Below are positions 9,375 to 19,810 of a DNA stretch of 64,000 bases, piece by piece; position 1 is the first letter of the stretch; every line of letters starts with the position of its first letter. The stretch comes from a virus, in the IMG/VR virus record IMGVR_UViG_3300022885_000003, positions 50,739 through 114,738 of that record; one strand, written 5' to 3'. A program made the translations under genes and the position numbers. A model generated the notes under the pieces. That model saw only the letters and a program-made list of their open reading frames with translations, did no database searches and had not been told where the DNA came from.

Positions 9375-12300
9375 ATGGCCAACAAAAATACATTACGCAA
9401 AATCGATAGTATTGAATCAAACGACCAAGGTGGTCTACTGATCGACAACCCTTATTTCTTAAGATTACCAACGGGGTCTAGTTCAAATCGTCCAGGTTTG
9501 CTCAGCACCAATATACCGGAATCTACGAATGGTATGATTAGGTATAATGAAGAAACTGGTAATATCGAAATTTTCCTTCCTGAAGTTGACTCTGGCGGCG
9601 TTCCAACAACGGCACAAGTATGGACTAGTTTAGGTTTAGGGTCGGATCCAGAATCACCAGGACAAGGTGACTTCTTACAACGATTCGGTGGCGTTATGTA
9701 TGGTGACTTACGTATGTCAACCGGAGATGATTTCCACGATGGCTTAGGATCATTGCTTGGTGTGTCAGCTCAGGGAACTGGTTTACGGGCTGGTATTCAA
9801 TCCGATAGTACCAATAGTAGAATATTAAACTCTGCAGGATCTATTGCTAATCCATCTTATAGTTTTGATGTGGAAAGAAATACAGGTATTGCTCTAACAG
9901 CACCTAATGAAATGTCATTTATTGTTGACGGTATACCACAATTAACGATTGACAGTGGCGGTGCCACTATTCCAGCCCCAACATCAATGAATAACGGTTT
10001 TGAAAATGCGCCAGGATTAGCGTTTGCTTCTGATCTTGATACTGGGTTTTATCACTCAGCTGCCAATACAATGGGATTAACCTCCGGCGGATTTGAAGCA
10101 TTAGAGATTACGATTACTGGTGGCGCTTCATCAAGATTAGATACACAAGTGACAATTCGAGGAGACCTAATTGTTGAAGGAACAACAACAACAATTGATA
10201 CAGCAAACCTTGTTGTTGCAGATAACACTATTACACTAAATGATGGGGAAGTTGGTGCCGGTATTACGGCCGGAGCAGCAGGAATTGTGGTTGACCGTGG
10301 TAGTGAGACGGATGCCGGCTGGTTTTATGACGAAACGAATGATTGGTGGGGGCCAACTGGACCAAGTGGTATTGCAGGAGAGGGTGGCGCCACAAATGTT
10401 ATTGGTAACGTACAAGAGATTGATTCTCGAACAGCACCAACCGCAGGAGTTTTATTTACCAACACTGATGCTATTCGTATAAAGAATTCTGGTGGCGGCG
10501 GAACAAGTCACGGAACTATTGCTGCGCCGGCATACTCGTTCGAAGCAGATGAAAATACAGGAATATACCATCCAGCACTTGAACAGCTTGGGTTGGTTAC
10601 AGATGGCGTTGAAATGGTTCTCGTTGATGGTTCAGTTACAACTGACCAACACACATTATTCTCCCGGCAAAGTCGAGCAGTTAAACAACCAATACTTCCA
10701 ATTATTAGCGTAACTTCTATACCATCATGGTCGTTCGATGGAGATAGTGATACCGGTATTGGTAGCACAAATACAAATGAATTAGAACTAATTGCCGGTG
10801 GTGAAGTTGCAATGACACTAGTTTCTGATGGTGTTCTTGGACAATTGTTGATCGATGACGGAACAGTTGGCGCGCCATCCATAGCATTTAGATCAGATAC
10901 CGATTCAGGTGTATTCAAAAATGGTACAAGCGTTGGTATTGCTTCTGATGGTGTATTGTCAGGAAACTTTAATGCTAATCAGGTCAATTTATTACCAGGT
11001 ACAGAAGCATTGCCAGGTATTTCGTTTATTTCCGATGAAGATACCGGAATATGGAATCCGTCTGCAAATAATATGGCAATGTCGACCGGTGGTGCCGAAA
11101 GACTGCGCATAGATGATGTAGGTAATGTTGGGGTTGGTACGACCACTCCTGCCACGTTATTGGATGTGCAAGGTAATATTACCCAAGGTGTTGTTGGATC
11201 CAATGCAGGTCGATTGCTTATCGATAATACAACCGATGATGTTCAAAGGATTAAAGTTAGTCGTACGGGAATAACTGGTCAATTAGCTTTCCATACAGGT
11301 GACGATACCGAACATATGAGGATCGACGATAACGGTAATATCGGTATTGGTACAGATGATCCACTTGGTACCGTGCATATTAAAAAATCAACAATTATAG
11401 CTGACCCAGTTGATACATTAGTTGACGAATTGGTTATTGAAAATGCAACGACAAATGCTGGTATTTCAATTATAACAAATTCAGTAAGTGCCGGCACCAT
11501 TGCGTTCGGAGATGATAGTAACTCAAATGACGGTTCTCTTTCTTATAATAACACTGATCGTTCGATGCAGATTAGAACGAATGATACGAATAGATTCTTA
11601 ATTGACGCTTCGGGTAATGTTGGCATAGGCACAATCCAGCCAGAAGCTGGACTTGATCTATTTACAGGATTAAACGGTTCGTTTAGTAGATTTAGAATTG
11701 AACATTCAGATTCAGCAGGTGGCTCTGCAGGTGGCGCAAAAATTGCAGGGTATGGTAGCAATGGTGCTATTGTTGAAATTGCTAATATTGATTTCGCCTT
11801 AACTAATGGTTCAGTAGGTAACGAGACCGGTGATATCATATTTAGAACAGCTTTGAATGGTGCAGCCCCGGTTGAACATATGCGTCTAACCAGTGCAGGA
11901 TTATTGACAATAACAGATTTAGAAGTTGCTGGGGACTTAACAATCCCATCAATCAATGATACTAATGGTCAAATCGCAGGATTTAGAAATAAAATCGTTA
12001 ATGGTAATTTTGATATTTGGCAACGTGGAACATCCGGATTTGGATCTGGCTTTAATGCTGATTTATGGAGAGTTGATACTAATACAGATGATATCATTGT
12101 TATATCTCAACAACCTTTCGATCTAGGACAAACAGACGTTCCAGGAGAACCGCAATATTTTATGCGTGCAACATTAACATCTGGTACATCTGGTTTCCTT
12201 AATGATTTCCGTCAAAGAATCGAAGGTGTCCGTACATTTGCCGGTCAAACCGTTACTCTCTCTTATTACACTAGAGCAAGTGTTGGTGCTACAACTCAAA

Positions 12301-12899
12301 ATAGGAGAGTCGCGCAACAGTTCGGAACCGGTGGTTCCCCGTCGACCGCAGCCACACAAGCATTGCCTGATGTAGTGCTTACAACACTGTGGACGAAAGT
12401 AACGAATACTTTTACCTTCCCATCGTTAACAGGAAAAACGATAGGAACAAATGATGATGATTTCATAAATATCGTATTAGGACTTCCAGTAAATACAACT
12501 ATTGATGTTGATATTGCTTGCGTTCAACTTGAATTGGGGTCAATTGCTACACCATTTGAAAAACGTGATCCGACAGTTGAATTAACCATGTGTCAGAGAC
12601 ATTATTATGAAACTGCGAAGTCTGGTAGCGCATGGGCGGTAGCTGCAACTGACATTGTTGCATCGATCATCTTCCCAACGACAATGCGTAGAATTCCAGA
12701 TGTATCGTTAATAGATACAACACCAACATTTAACGATTACAATGTATCATTGACTTCGTCGGGTTCAAGTTTGTCCACTAATGCATTTACAGAAGATGGT
12801 GGTAATGTCAGAATGGACGGTTTCTCTGGAGCAATCGTTAGTAGACCTGGATTTTGGAATCAAACAAATTCAATTTGGGCGTTTGATGCTGGATTCTAA
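9375..12899 (+). CDS. Tail fibre-like protein with C-terminal carbohydrate-binding-like domain
   Basis: P(S/G)xSFxxDxDTG repeats, RIDxxGNVGIGT repeats, FRNKIVNGNFDIWQRG...VQLELGSIATPFE..ELTMCQRHY C-terminal module. Confidence 0.82.
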   Translation: MANKNTLRKIDSIESNDQGGLLIDNPYFLRLPTGSSSNRPGLLSTNIPESTNGMIRYNEETGNIEIFLPEVDSGGVPTTAQVWTSLGLGSDPESPGQGDFLQRFGGVMYGDLRMSTGDDFHDGLGSLLGVSAQGTGLRAGIQSDSTNSRILNSAGSIANPSYSFDVERNTGIALTAPNEMSFIVDGIPQLTIDSGGATIPAPTSMNNGFENAPGLAFASDLDTGFYHSAANTMGLTSGGFEALEITITGGASSRLDTQVTIRGDLIVEGTTTTIDTANLVVADNTITLNDGEVGAGITAGAAGIVVDRGSETDAGWFYDETNDWWGPTGPSGIAGEGGATNVIGNVQEIDSRTAPTAGVLFTNTDAIRIKNSGGGGTSHGTIAAPAYSFEADENTGIYHPALEQLGLVTDGVEMVLVDGSVTTDQHTLFSRQSRAVKQPILPIISVTSIPSWSFDGDSDTGIGSTNTNELELIAGGEVAMTLVSDGVLGQLLIDDGTVGAPSIAFRSDTDSGVFKNGTSVGIASDGVLSGNFNANQVNLLPGTEALPGISFISDEDTGIWNPSANNMAMSTGGAERLRIDDVGNVGVGTTTPATLLDVQGNITQGVVGSNAGRLLIDNTTDDVQRIKVSRTGITGQLAFHTGDDTEHMRIDDNGNIGIGTDDPLGTVHIKKSTIIADPVDTLVDELVIENATTNAGISIITNSVSAGTIAFGDDSNSNDGSLSYNNTDRSMQIRTNDTNRFLIDASGNVGIGTIQPEAGLDLFTGLNGSFSRFRIEHSDSAGGSAGGAKIAGYGSNGAIVEIANIDFALTNGSVGNETGDIIFRTALNGAAPVEHMRLTSAGLLTITDLEVAGDLTIPSINDTNGQIAGFRNKIVNGNFDIWQRGTSGFGSGFNADLWRVDTNTDDIIVISQQPFDLGQTDVPGEPQYFMRATLTSGTSGFLNDFRQRIEGVRTFAGQTVTLSYYTRASVGATTQNRRVAQQFGTGGSPSTAATQALPDVVLTTLWTKVTNTFTFPSLTGKTIGTNDDDFINIVLGLPVNTTIDVDIACVQLELGSIATPFEKRDPTVELTMCQRHYYETAKSGSAWAVAATDIVASIIFPTTMRRIPDVSLIDTTPTFNDYNVSLTSSGSSLSTNAFTEDGGNVRMDGFSGAIVSRPGFWNQTNSIWAFDAGF

Positions 12900-12911
12900 A
12901 AGGAATTAATA

Positions 12912-13451
12912 ATGAAAACAAATAATTTACGTCAATGGATGAATATACTTGAAAGCAAAGATGATTTGAAATTAGATAAACTTTCCTTTTCAAAAGATTC
13001 GTTATCTCCAATCATGAGTAAAGAAACTATTGATATACATTATGATATTCTTACAAAAAATTATCACAAAAATGCCAAGGACGGCGATCCTTTTCAGATT
13101 GCGGGGGCATTCTTACATGATTTGTTCTGGGAGAATTTACAACCACCAACGGACAACAACAAACCATTAAATGATTTCTTAGAATTAATCAATGATAAAT
13201 TTGGATCATTGGCTAAGTTCAAATCTGAGTTTGAGGAAACAGCAACCACAATACAAGGTAATGGTTGGTGTGCTCTAACGAAGTCAGGGAAGATTGTTCA
13301 AATATCCAATCACAAAAAACGTTCTGATATCATATTGTTACTTGACATGTGGGAACACGCTTATTTCTTGGATTATGGCGCAGACAAGAAAAAATACGCT
13401 AAAAGCTTTTGGAAAATTGTTAATTGGGAAACGGTGAACGGGAGGCTCTAA
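12912..13451 (+). CDS. sod: Fe/Mn superoxide dismutase
   Basis: All four metal ligands: IHYD, FLHDLFW, DMWEHAY; QGNGW motif. Confidence 0.9.
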   Translation: MKTNNLRQWMNILESKDDLKLDKLSFSKDSLSPIMSKETIDIHYDILTKNYHKNAKDGDPFQIAGAFLHDLFWENLQPPTDNNKPLNDFLELINDKFGSLAKFKSEFEETATTIQGNGWCALTKSGKIVQISNHKKRSDIILLLDMWEHAYFLDYGADKKKYAKSFWKIVNWETVNGRL

Positions 13452-13459
13452 GGCCTCCC
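13440..13459. terminator. GC-rich hairpin between convergent sod and RNA ligase genes
   Basis: gggaggc-tctaag-gcctccc. Confidence 0.55.
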
Positions 13460-13466
13460 ATCCAGT

Positions 13467-14654
13467 TTAGTTAAACTCTGTTGTATCACCCTTACGAAGA
13501 AGATACTTTGGGCTTACATACTTGAGCATTACCCGGCCGATGAAATCGTTTTGCCGTTCAACGTGCGGACGAATAACAATCCCTTCCCGGATATTGGAAT
13601 TGCTGTAATCGCGCCCGTCACGAAGTTCTTCCATCTTCTCCATGCTGAACGGTCCTTCATACAACATAGGAACGGATTCAATTCCCTGAGTAGAAAGAAT
13701 GTCGATACGAACAAAAGAGTTTACATATTCACCCTGCCCAGGCTGACCAGAATAAAGATCAAACGCTCGGAAGGTTGGCTTATCTTCACCATACGCAAGA
13801 TCCTGCACACCCTTTCCGTAAGTTTCACCGAGAAGATAAAACGGCTTTCGTTCGCGATCAGAACGTTCGTAGATACGGTTCATCTTTTCAATTAAACGGT
13901 CAATAATGTCAAAACCATTCTCGTCTTTGGTTTCGTTCAACATTCGAACATAAAGGTTACCAGCATTTTCCTCGGTCAATTTGAATGCAAGACCCTTGGC
14001 ACTCATGCCTTTGCTTGTTACGATTTTAGTCCACGTTCCATCTTCTTCAGGATAAGCACCGAAGCAGGTCCATGTTCCGTGAAGCTTCTCAGTCACGTTA
14101 ACGGCTTCCCCTTCAACGAAAATATCAGGATACTTTTGGATGTTTTCAACATCAAACTTCAATGTTTTCCCGAACGCATCAAACATTTCACCGTTCATAC
14201 TGGACGGAATAACTGGTTCATGCTTGGTGATGCCAAGACCTTCAGCAACATTGTCACCGAGTCTCCATAGTCCAGCGCCCTCATTGCCATTATGAGGTTC
14301 AGAAATAACCAGGACATTATCTTCAGTTGAATCTGGCTCAACAGGCAATAGAATTCCTTGTGAGAAAATTCCCCGAAGCTTCATCGCTTTGACGCGGTTC
14401 CCTTTGGAGCCGGCAAGTCCGCCGGTATCCTTCTCGTCGTTCCAGAAGCCCATGTGCTTCAAGAGCCAATCAGGAACAACGGCACCTTCGGGAATATAGA
14501 CAACCATGTCTCCACCCTGATAGCGCCAGGAGCCGTCTTCCTTCTTATTGGCGATGCAATTGAACCCACCAATCTTGACTACCGTTAGGCGATCGGCATC
14601 TGGATGATCAACTACGTCGTCGATCTTAACGACCTTTACTTCAAACTCTGACAT
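13467..14654 (-). CDS. RNA ligase, DRB0094 family (N-terminal tRNA-binding OB-like domain plus nucleotidyltransferase)
   Basis: HPDADRL, KLRGIFSQG, motif I EKLHGT, GETYG, FRAFD, REGIVI, LKYVS..YL. Confidence 0.9.
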   Translation of the reverse strand: MSEFEVKVVKIDDVVDHPDADRLTVVKIGGFNCIANKKEDGSWRYQGGDMVVYIPEGAVVPDWLLKHMGFWNDEKDTGGLAGSKGNRVKAMKLRGIFSQGILLPVEPDSTEDNVLVISEPHNGNEGAGLWRLGDNVAEGLGITKHEPVIPSSMNGEMFDAFGKTLKFDVENIQKYPDIFVEGEAVNVTEKLHGTWTCFGAYPEEDGTWTKIVTSKGMSAKGLAFKLTEENAGNLYVRMLNETKDENGFDIIDRLIEKMNRIYERSDRERKPFYLLGETYGKGVQDLAYGEDKPTFRAFDLYSGQPGQGEYVNSFVRIDILSTQGIESVPMLYEGPFSMEKMEELRDGRDYSNSNIREGIVIRPHVERQNDFIGRVMLKYVSPKYLLRKGDTTEFN

Positions 14655-14679
14655 ATCTATTCTCCTCTGTTATTTGCTA

Positions 14680-14707
14680 ATTATAGCATTATTTCATTAA
14701 TAGTCAA
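14680..14707 (-). promoter_or_regulatory. Sigma70-like early promoter
   Basis: TTGACT-16nt-TATAAT with TG extension. Confidence 0.75.
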
Positions 14708-15014
14708 GTAAATTATTGACCATTGCATACATCATTTTGAATGTTATCGCGTCGTGTTCATTTGCAAAAAATACTCTAGAATTAAGTAGATAAAACACAC
14801 CACCAGTTAGATGATCGTCGATCCATGATTCAATTTCTTTATATTGTTCATTAGAAAGGCTTCTAGAAAAATGAACTACAATAATATCACCATCAGACAC
14901 CCCATCATCAAACGAATCAACCCCGAACGGAACATTGGGTTGCGCCCATCCCCATACATTATGCGTTACGCGCAATGTTTTTTTACTGTAAAGTGGTAAT
15001 CGTTCTATTGACAT
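14697..15014 (-). CDS. Hypothetical protein, DA-x-x-FKL module family
   Basis: IESWIDDHL...VFFANEHDAITFKMMY. Confidence 0.75.
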   Translation of the reverse strand: MSIERLPLYSKKTLRVTHNVWGWAQPNVPFGVDSFDDGVSDGDIIVVHFSRSLSNEQYKEIESWIDDHLTGGVFYLLNSRVFFANEHDAITFKMMYAMVNNLLDY

Positions 15015-15035
15015 ATCATCTCCAAGTTTTTTATT

Positions 15036-15063
15036 ATTATAACACTAAAATAGCATAGGTCAA
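15036..15063 (-). promoter_or_regulatory. Sigma70-like early promoter
   Basis: TTGACC-16nt-TATAAT with TG extension. Confidence 0.75.
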
Positions 15064-15065
15064 TT

Positions 15066-15371
15066 TTATCCCCAAGTTAATTTGAATAATATGGCGTCTT
15101 GTTTCCTATAAAAGTATATTGTGGGAATATTTTGGATATGAACATAATACTTTGCATTTTCTTTCAACCATTCGTTTAATGTTGGGTTAACTTCGTATCT
15201 TACATACACATTTTGGCGTTCTTTTTGACGTCTATCTGGTATTTCCCAAAAACTCTTAACATGATCAATGATATCATACATAAATGGATATCGACCACCG
15301 GACAAACGGTAAAGAGATATAGAAATAACCATTGTTACTATTTCGGTCTTGGTATATTTTATGTTAGCCAT
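15066..15371 (-). CDS. Hypothetical protein, DA-x-x-FKL module family
   Basis: EWLKENAK...IYFYRKQDAILFKLTWG; start moved to ATG 15371. Confidence 0.78.
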   Translation of the reverse strand: MANIKYTKTEIVTMVISISLYRLSGGRYPFMYDIIDHVKSFWEIPDRRQKERQNVYVRYEVNPTLNEWLKENAKYYVHIQNIPTIYFYRKQDAILFKLTWG

Positions 15372-15373
15372 TA

Positions 15374-15667
15374 TTACATCCATACCAATCTGCATAAAAC
15401 AGCATCTTCTTTACGGAAAAAATAGATATAAGATCCATAACGATCAAGAATATAATATTTGCAATTTTGGCTCAACCAGATTTCAAAATTGGTAGTTGTT
15501 GAACCGATCGGAGGACATACGACACAAAGATTTTCCACTTTATCCAAATCAATACGATACGGATATTTTTTACAAGTAATGTGATATAATGTCGAAGACA
15601 GAGATATATTTTTAATCCAATGATAATACCAAAAAATTGTTACCAATGTTCTATTATAACGGTCCAT
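15374..15667 (-). CDS. Hypothetical protein, DA-x-x-FKL module family
   Basis: WLSQNCK...IYFFRKEDAVLCRLVWM. Confidence 0.78.
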   Translation of the reverse strand: MDRYNRTLVTIFWYYHWIKNISLSSTLYHITCKKYPYRIDLDKVENLCVVCPPIGSTTTNFEIWLSQNCKYYILDRYGSYIYFFRKEDAVLCRLVWM

Positions 15668-15668
15668 A

Positions 15669-16025
15669 TTATCCCCATGCCAATTTAAACATTATTCGAT
15701 CGTTTTCATCTTGGAAATAAAAAACACCAGTAAATGATGGCCTCCATTCACCACTGCATGTTTCAATGATCCAAATAATTATATCACCGTAATTTTTAAC
15801 ACCTTTTTCGGATACCTTTATTACGGTTTTAGCTTCGGCAAAAGTTAAACTATCAAATTTAATCCTAGGAAGAAGTTCTGCATTTGGTCCTTTAAGCCAT
15901 TCTGGATACAAAGAAACCTTACCTCCAGACGCTTTCATAATTTGATAGACACCATTACTTAGCTGGGGATAAACCCAACCTTCAGGTAATTCTATATCAC
16001 AGTTTTTGGGTTTCTCAATATTCAT
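15669..16025 (-). CDS. Hypothetical protein, DA-x-x-FKL module family
   Basis: WIIETCSGEW...FYFQDENDRIMFKLAWG; paralogue of 31594-31947. Confidence 0.8.
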   Translation of the reverse strand: MNIEKPKNCDIELPEGWVYPQLSNGVYQIMKASGGKVSLYPEWLKGPNAELLPRIKFDSLTFAEAKTVIKVSEKGVKNYGDIIIWIIETCSGEWRPSFTGVFYFQDENDRIMFKLAWG

Positions 16026-16140
16026 ATTGGGTTATTATATTATAATTATATGATATTTGTCAATAGTAAACATAATGTTTTTTTATAATTGGTTAGGCTA
16101 AATAACAATGAGCAGCAGGTAAACATAAAAGGAAACTGAT

Positions 16141-16404
16141 ATGGAAATTATTCCATTTCCTGGTGCTCGAAAATCAACCAGGACGAAAAAAATAACAAAA
16201 ATTAGCGCAGTGCCAGAAATGACTGAGGCGGCTGAACGCCTATACGTGTCTGATATGGAATATACCTGCTACCATTGTCAAAATAAAACAACATTATCAG
16301 TAACAGGAATGATATTCAAAACACTTGAATTTTTCTGTAATACTTGCGGAACCAAGCATAAAGTGGTAAATCCAGCATTTAGTAAAGTAAAAACTCAAAA
16401 TTAA
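16141..16404 (+). CDS. Zn-ribbon protein
   Basis: CYHC...CNTC; TAAATA upstream at about 16099. Confidence 0.7.
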   Translation: MEIIPFPGARKSTRTKKITKISAVPEMTEAAERLYVSDMEYTCYHCQNKTTLSVTGMIFKTLEFFCNTCGTKHKVVNPAFSKVKTQN

Positions 16405-16474
16405 ATTGATTGTTGCATCCCCCAACAAGTATAATTGGAGTAATAATAAATTAACCAATAATATTGGAGATAAA

Positions 16475-16939
16475 ATGAAAGAATTGTCGAGTATACTTTC
16501 TAGAATAAATTTCAAACAAACGACTAAAAAGCAAATTGAATACATATATCATGAGGGCAATACTAATGATATGCCCATGTTTTCATATACCGAACATAAA
16601 GGTCCTGATCTATTAGTTGAAACTTTTACATCTGATGGTAAAGAAACACAAAATACCGCTAAAGATGGTGATATTATTATGTGCGGACCAAGTCTAGAAA
16701 AATATATTCTAAAACATGATAAATTTTTAGAAAAGTACGAAATAATCAACGGTATAGCCATCCCTGAACAATCTTATCGTAACGTGGCTGAATACCTTGA
16801 CGAAGAAGAAATAATGTTCACAGCGTCATGGGGTGAGTTAATGGTATTAAAGAAGAATGATTTTCTAGTTAAAGATGGTGATCATTATTATCGCATTGCT
16901 AGGAAGGAATTCTTAGAGACGTATAATTTACCAGAATAA
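16475..16939 (+). CDS. Hypothetical protein, PGDYG-like
   Basis: GGAG SD before ATG 16475; AKDGDII..GP..EKY...F...Y and TASWGE...DFLV...YRI...F..TY duplicated half-domains. Confidence 0.65.
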   Translation: MKELSSILSRINFKQTTKKQIEYIYHEGNTNDMPMFSYTEHKGPDLLVETFTSDGKETQNTAKDGDIIMCGPSLEKYILKHDKFLEKYEIINGIAIPEQSYRNVAEYLDEEEIMFTASWGELMVLKKNDFLVKDGDHYYRIARKEFLETYNLPE

Positions 16940-17006
16940 TATTGCATTTCACATTCTTAATCTGTTATTATTATTTAATAATAAATCTAATAATAAAGGG
17001 TGAACA

Positions 17007-17414
17007 ATGTCACAAGAAAAATTAAATCTATACATGGATTTTGTAGAAAAAATTACTTCTGAAGAATCCAATAATACATTAGCTTATATTGAACGTCTTA
17101 AGAAGCTGGATGCAGCGGGCGTAAATATGGCGTTACTCGATACAGCCGCTTCTGGTCTATCCTCTGAAGGTGGTGAAGTAGCAGAAATCGTAAAGAAAAT
17201 TAAGTTTCACGGTAAGGATATGGATGAAGATGTCCGTTTTCACCTTAAGCGGGAACTCGGTGATGTTATGTGGTACTGGATTAACGCCTGTCGTGCCTTG
17301 GGTTTGGAACCATTTGATGTTATTGAAGAAAATATCAATAAACTTGAAGCTAGGTACCCGGGTGGTACATTTTCCGAATGGCATTCAGATAACCGCAAAG
17401 ACGGTGATATTTAA
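17007..17414 (+). CDS. mazG: MazG-like nucleotide pyrophosphohydrolase
   Basis: GLSSEGGEVAEIVKK...RELGDVMWY...N..KL..RYP. Confidence 0.9.
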   Translation: MSQEKLNLYMDFVEKITSEESNNTLAYIERLKKLDAAGVNMALLDTAASGLSSEGGEVAEIVKKIKFHGKDMDEDVRFHLKRELGDVMWYWINACRALGLEPFDVIEENINKLEARYPGGTFSEWHSDNRKDGDI

Positions 17415-17417
17415 ATA

Positions 17418-17606
17418 ATGCGTAAACAATTGGTGCGGGATTTAGCCACAGTAATCAATAAACACAATGTAGAAAGTATTTCGGATACTCCAGATTGGAT
17501 ACTTGCGGAATACTTGGTCACTTGTTTGGACAATTATCATAGCATTGATACCGCTAAGAAATCATATTACAGCCCCGACGGGGTTGACGAATCAATCGTT
17601 TTTTAA
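17418..17606 (+). CDS. Hypothetical protein
   Basis: INKH..E..SDTPDWILAEYL..CL motif; tight packing. Confidence 0.7.
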   Translation: MRKQLVRDLATVINKHNVESISDTPDWILAEYLVTCLDNYHSIDTAKKSYYSPDGVDESIVF

Positions 17607-17616
17607 GGAGAATATT

Positions 17617-17925
17617 ATGCATGGATTGCGCTTAATTTTTATACCGCATCAAAACGTTAACATTAATAATGATAAAATGTTCCAGAACTATGTTGAGAAC
17701 TATTTGGATTCATTCAATGGACATTATGCTGGTTATATTGCTGCCGGAACCACTGCCACAGAGGGAAAGCGTTCTGGTGTATTTTATCAATATATAATTG
17801 AGAATCATTCCCCATCGTTGTTGGCTTACTTACAAGAATATATTGCAAGAAATCCTATGCACGGATATAATGTTGACATATATGAAGGTCAAATTGGTCA
17901 GCCTGAGATATTAATTAATGTCTGA
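17617..17925 (+). CDS. Hypothetical protein
   Basis: AAGGAG SD before ATG 17617. Confidence 0.7.
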   Translation: MHGLRLIFIPHQNVNINNDKMFQNYVENYLDSFNGHYAGYIAAGTTATEGKRSGVFYQYIIENHSPSLLAYLQEYIARNPMHGYNVDIYEGQIGQPEILINV

Positions 17926-18208
17926 TAATCCAGATCATTTGGGTCGCAAACATCGTATATTTATGAATCCAAGCGTGACTGGTAAAGCAAGTGTTTGCAC
18001 ATGGGATCTAACATTTACTTTCAGAACACGTGAGCAATGCACTTCATTTATAAATGAACTGTTAGAAACAAGTGATATCCCATGGAATGTTTCGTATGAA
18101 CAAAAAGACAACAATGTCCACGTTGTTGATATCGTTGAAATGTCATGGGCCAACAATTTGAAATATGTTGCGGAAATATTGCAACGAGTGGACCATAAAG
18201 GAGTATAA
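17918..18208 (+). CDS. Hypothetical protein
   Basis: Overlaps neighbours in operon fashion. Confidence 0.65.
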   Translation: MSDNPDHLGRKHRIFMNPSVTGKASVCTWDLTFTFRTREQCTSFINELLETSDIPWNVSYEQKDNNVHVVDIVEMSWANNLKYVAEILQRVDHKGV

Positions 18209-18712
18209 ATGGAAAATCATATAACATGGGATACATTTTTTATGTCACTTGTTTATCTAGTGGCTATGAAAAGTAAAGACCGTTCAACCCATGTTGGGTG
18301 CGTCGTGGTTGACAAAGAGAATACAGTAAGAAGCATTGGTTATAACGGCATGCCGCGTGGTGTAGATGATGATGTTGAAGATAGACACGCTCGCCCAAAG
18401 AAGTATTTGTATGCTGAACATGCTGAGAGAAATGCAATTTATAATTCTAGAAGTGATTTGCGTGGATGCTCTGCTTATGCCAACTTTCTGCCATGTGCCG
18501 ATTGTGCCCGAGGGCTCATTCAAGCAGGAATAAAAGAAGTTATTGTTCACGAAAATTTTAGCAATTCGTATCAATTAAATCAATTCGATGAATCTCATAA
18601 GGCTACTTTAGAAATGTTTGAAGAAGCTGGTGTTAAGGTCGTTGAATGGGATGGTGAAATTGTAACAGAAATTGCAGGATTTGTAGGCGGTAAGGTATTA
18701 CCATTAACCTAA
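18209..18712 (+). CDS. dCMP deaminase
   Basis: GYNG, HAERNA, PCADC zinc motifs. Confidence 0.93.
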   Translation: MENHITWDTFFMSLVYLVAMKSKDRSTHVGCVVVDKENTVRSIGYNGMPRGVDDDVEDRHARPKKYLYAEHAERNAIYNSRSDLRGCSAYANFLPCADCARGLIQAGIKEVIVHENFSNSYQLNQFDESHKATLEMFEEAGVKVVEWDGEIVTEIAGFVGGKVLPLT

Positions 18713-18754
18713 TATAAAAAGGTGTAAATATTAGGAATAAGGAGTGTTTTTATT

Positions 18755-19033
18755 ATGATGCCATTTTTAGATGTTAGTAAATTTTCAGATGCCGAGCTAG
18801 AGAAGAAAACGGGAGATCTTGCGAATCGTATCAGCATTGCGCAAAGAACAAATTCACAAGCATATCAACAATTATTACAAATGATGCAAATGTTGAATGA
18901 TGAGCGTTTGAATAGGTTTAATAAAAAACAGGGCGACGAAAATCCAAGAATGAAACCGGGACTCGTTATGACAACAGATGAAAATGTTGATGCAAAGAAA
19001 GAGGACGATGATGGTCTTATCAATATACAATAA
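18755..19033 (+). CDS. Hypothetical protein
   Basis: TAAATA plus AAGGAG upstream; helical. Confidence 0.7.
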   Translation: MMPFLDVSKFSDAELEKKTGDLANRISIAQRTNSQAYQQLLQMMQMLNDERLNRFNKKQGDENPRMKPGLVMTTDENVDAKKEDDDGLINIQ

Positions 19034-19045
19034 AGGAAAAAGAAT

Positions 19046-19309
19046 ATGTCAATACAAGTATTAGAAATCACTAATCCAACAGACTCAGGTACTGTTATGG
19101 CCAAAATTGATAAACGATATCAAGCAGATATTAATTCTCAATTAATAAAACAAATGGCATTCGGGAATGGTGATAAGACAGCTAATTATAAATTTGATCA
19201 AGACTTTAATACATTTTCGTTATTTGGTTGTTGGTTCAAAAATATCGACTATACCAACCAGGATCATATCCAAGTAGAAATTCAATATGATAATTCAATC
19301 GTAAAATAA
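19046..19309 (+). CDS. Hypothetical protein
   Basis: AAGGA SD, operon packing. Confidence 0.65.
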   Translation: MSIQVLEITNPTDSGTVMAKIDKRYQADINSQLIKQMAFGNGDKTANYKFDQDFNTFSLFGCWFKNIDYTNQDHIQVEIQYDNSIVK

Positions 19310-19324
19310 AAAGGAAATAAAACA

Positions 19325-19681
19325 ATGGGTGGCAAATCATCAGGAACAACGTATACATCAAGTGGTGAACGACGTAATGTCGCAAGGAAGACATTAAATA
19401 TGATGCGTAAGGAACGTAAAACAAATCCAAGTATGCGATCATTAATTGCAAAAAGAGCTTATCGTGATGAAATTATGAATAGGCAAGGAAACAAGGAGCT
19501 CAAAGATAAGATCATTCTTAAAGAGAAACTTGAAAATACCGCATTGCAGTTGTATGAAACATATAAATCAGCAGGTATTACATGGAGCGCGTGTATGCAA
19601 GCCGCAAAAACGGACTGGGTATCAGAATTGCATCATAAATGGTCACAAACATTAGCTCGTTCAAAAGATAGTAAAAAATAA
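19325..19681 (+). CDS. Hypothetical basic protein
   Basis: AAGGA SD; K/R-rich. Confidence 0.7.
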   Translation: MGGKSSGTTYTSSGERRNVARKTLNMMRKERKTNPSMRSLIAKRAYRDEIMNRQGNKELKDKIILKEKLENTALQLYETYKSAGITWSACMQAAKTDWVSELHHKWSQTLARSKDSKK

Positions 19682-19730
19682 TCATTTTATATGGTTATTC
19701 TTGGCTATAAAAACTGATAAGCTAAATATT

Positions 19731-19810
19731 ATTGTTGAAAGGATGTACTAATAACAATAGGCTGCTCACATCTTTTCGATAATTTAAATACCGGCGCCGG
19801 TATATTAATT
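19731..19810 (+). ncRNA. Candidate structured non-coding RNA or element
   Basis: 16-bp stem 19731-19746/19768-19783 (3 G-U pairs) plus a perfect 16-nt palindrome 19788-19803, directly after TAAATA 19723-19728. Confidence 0.4.
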
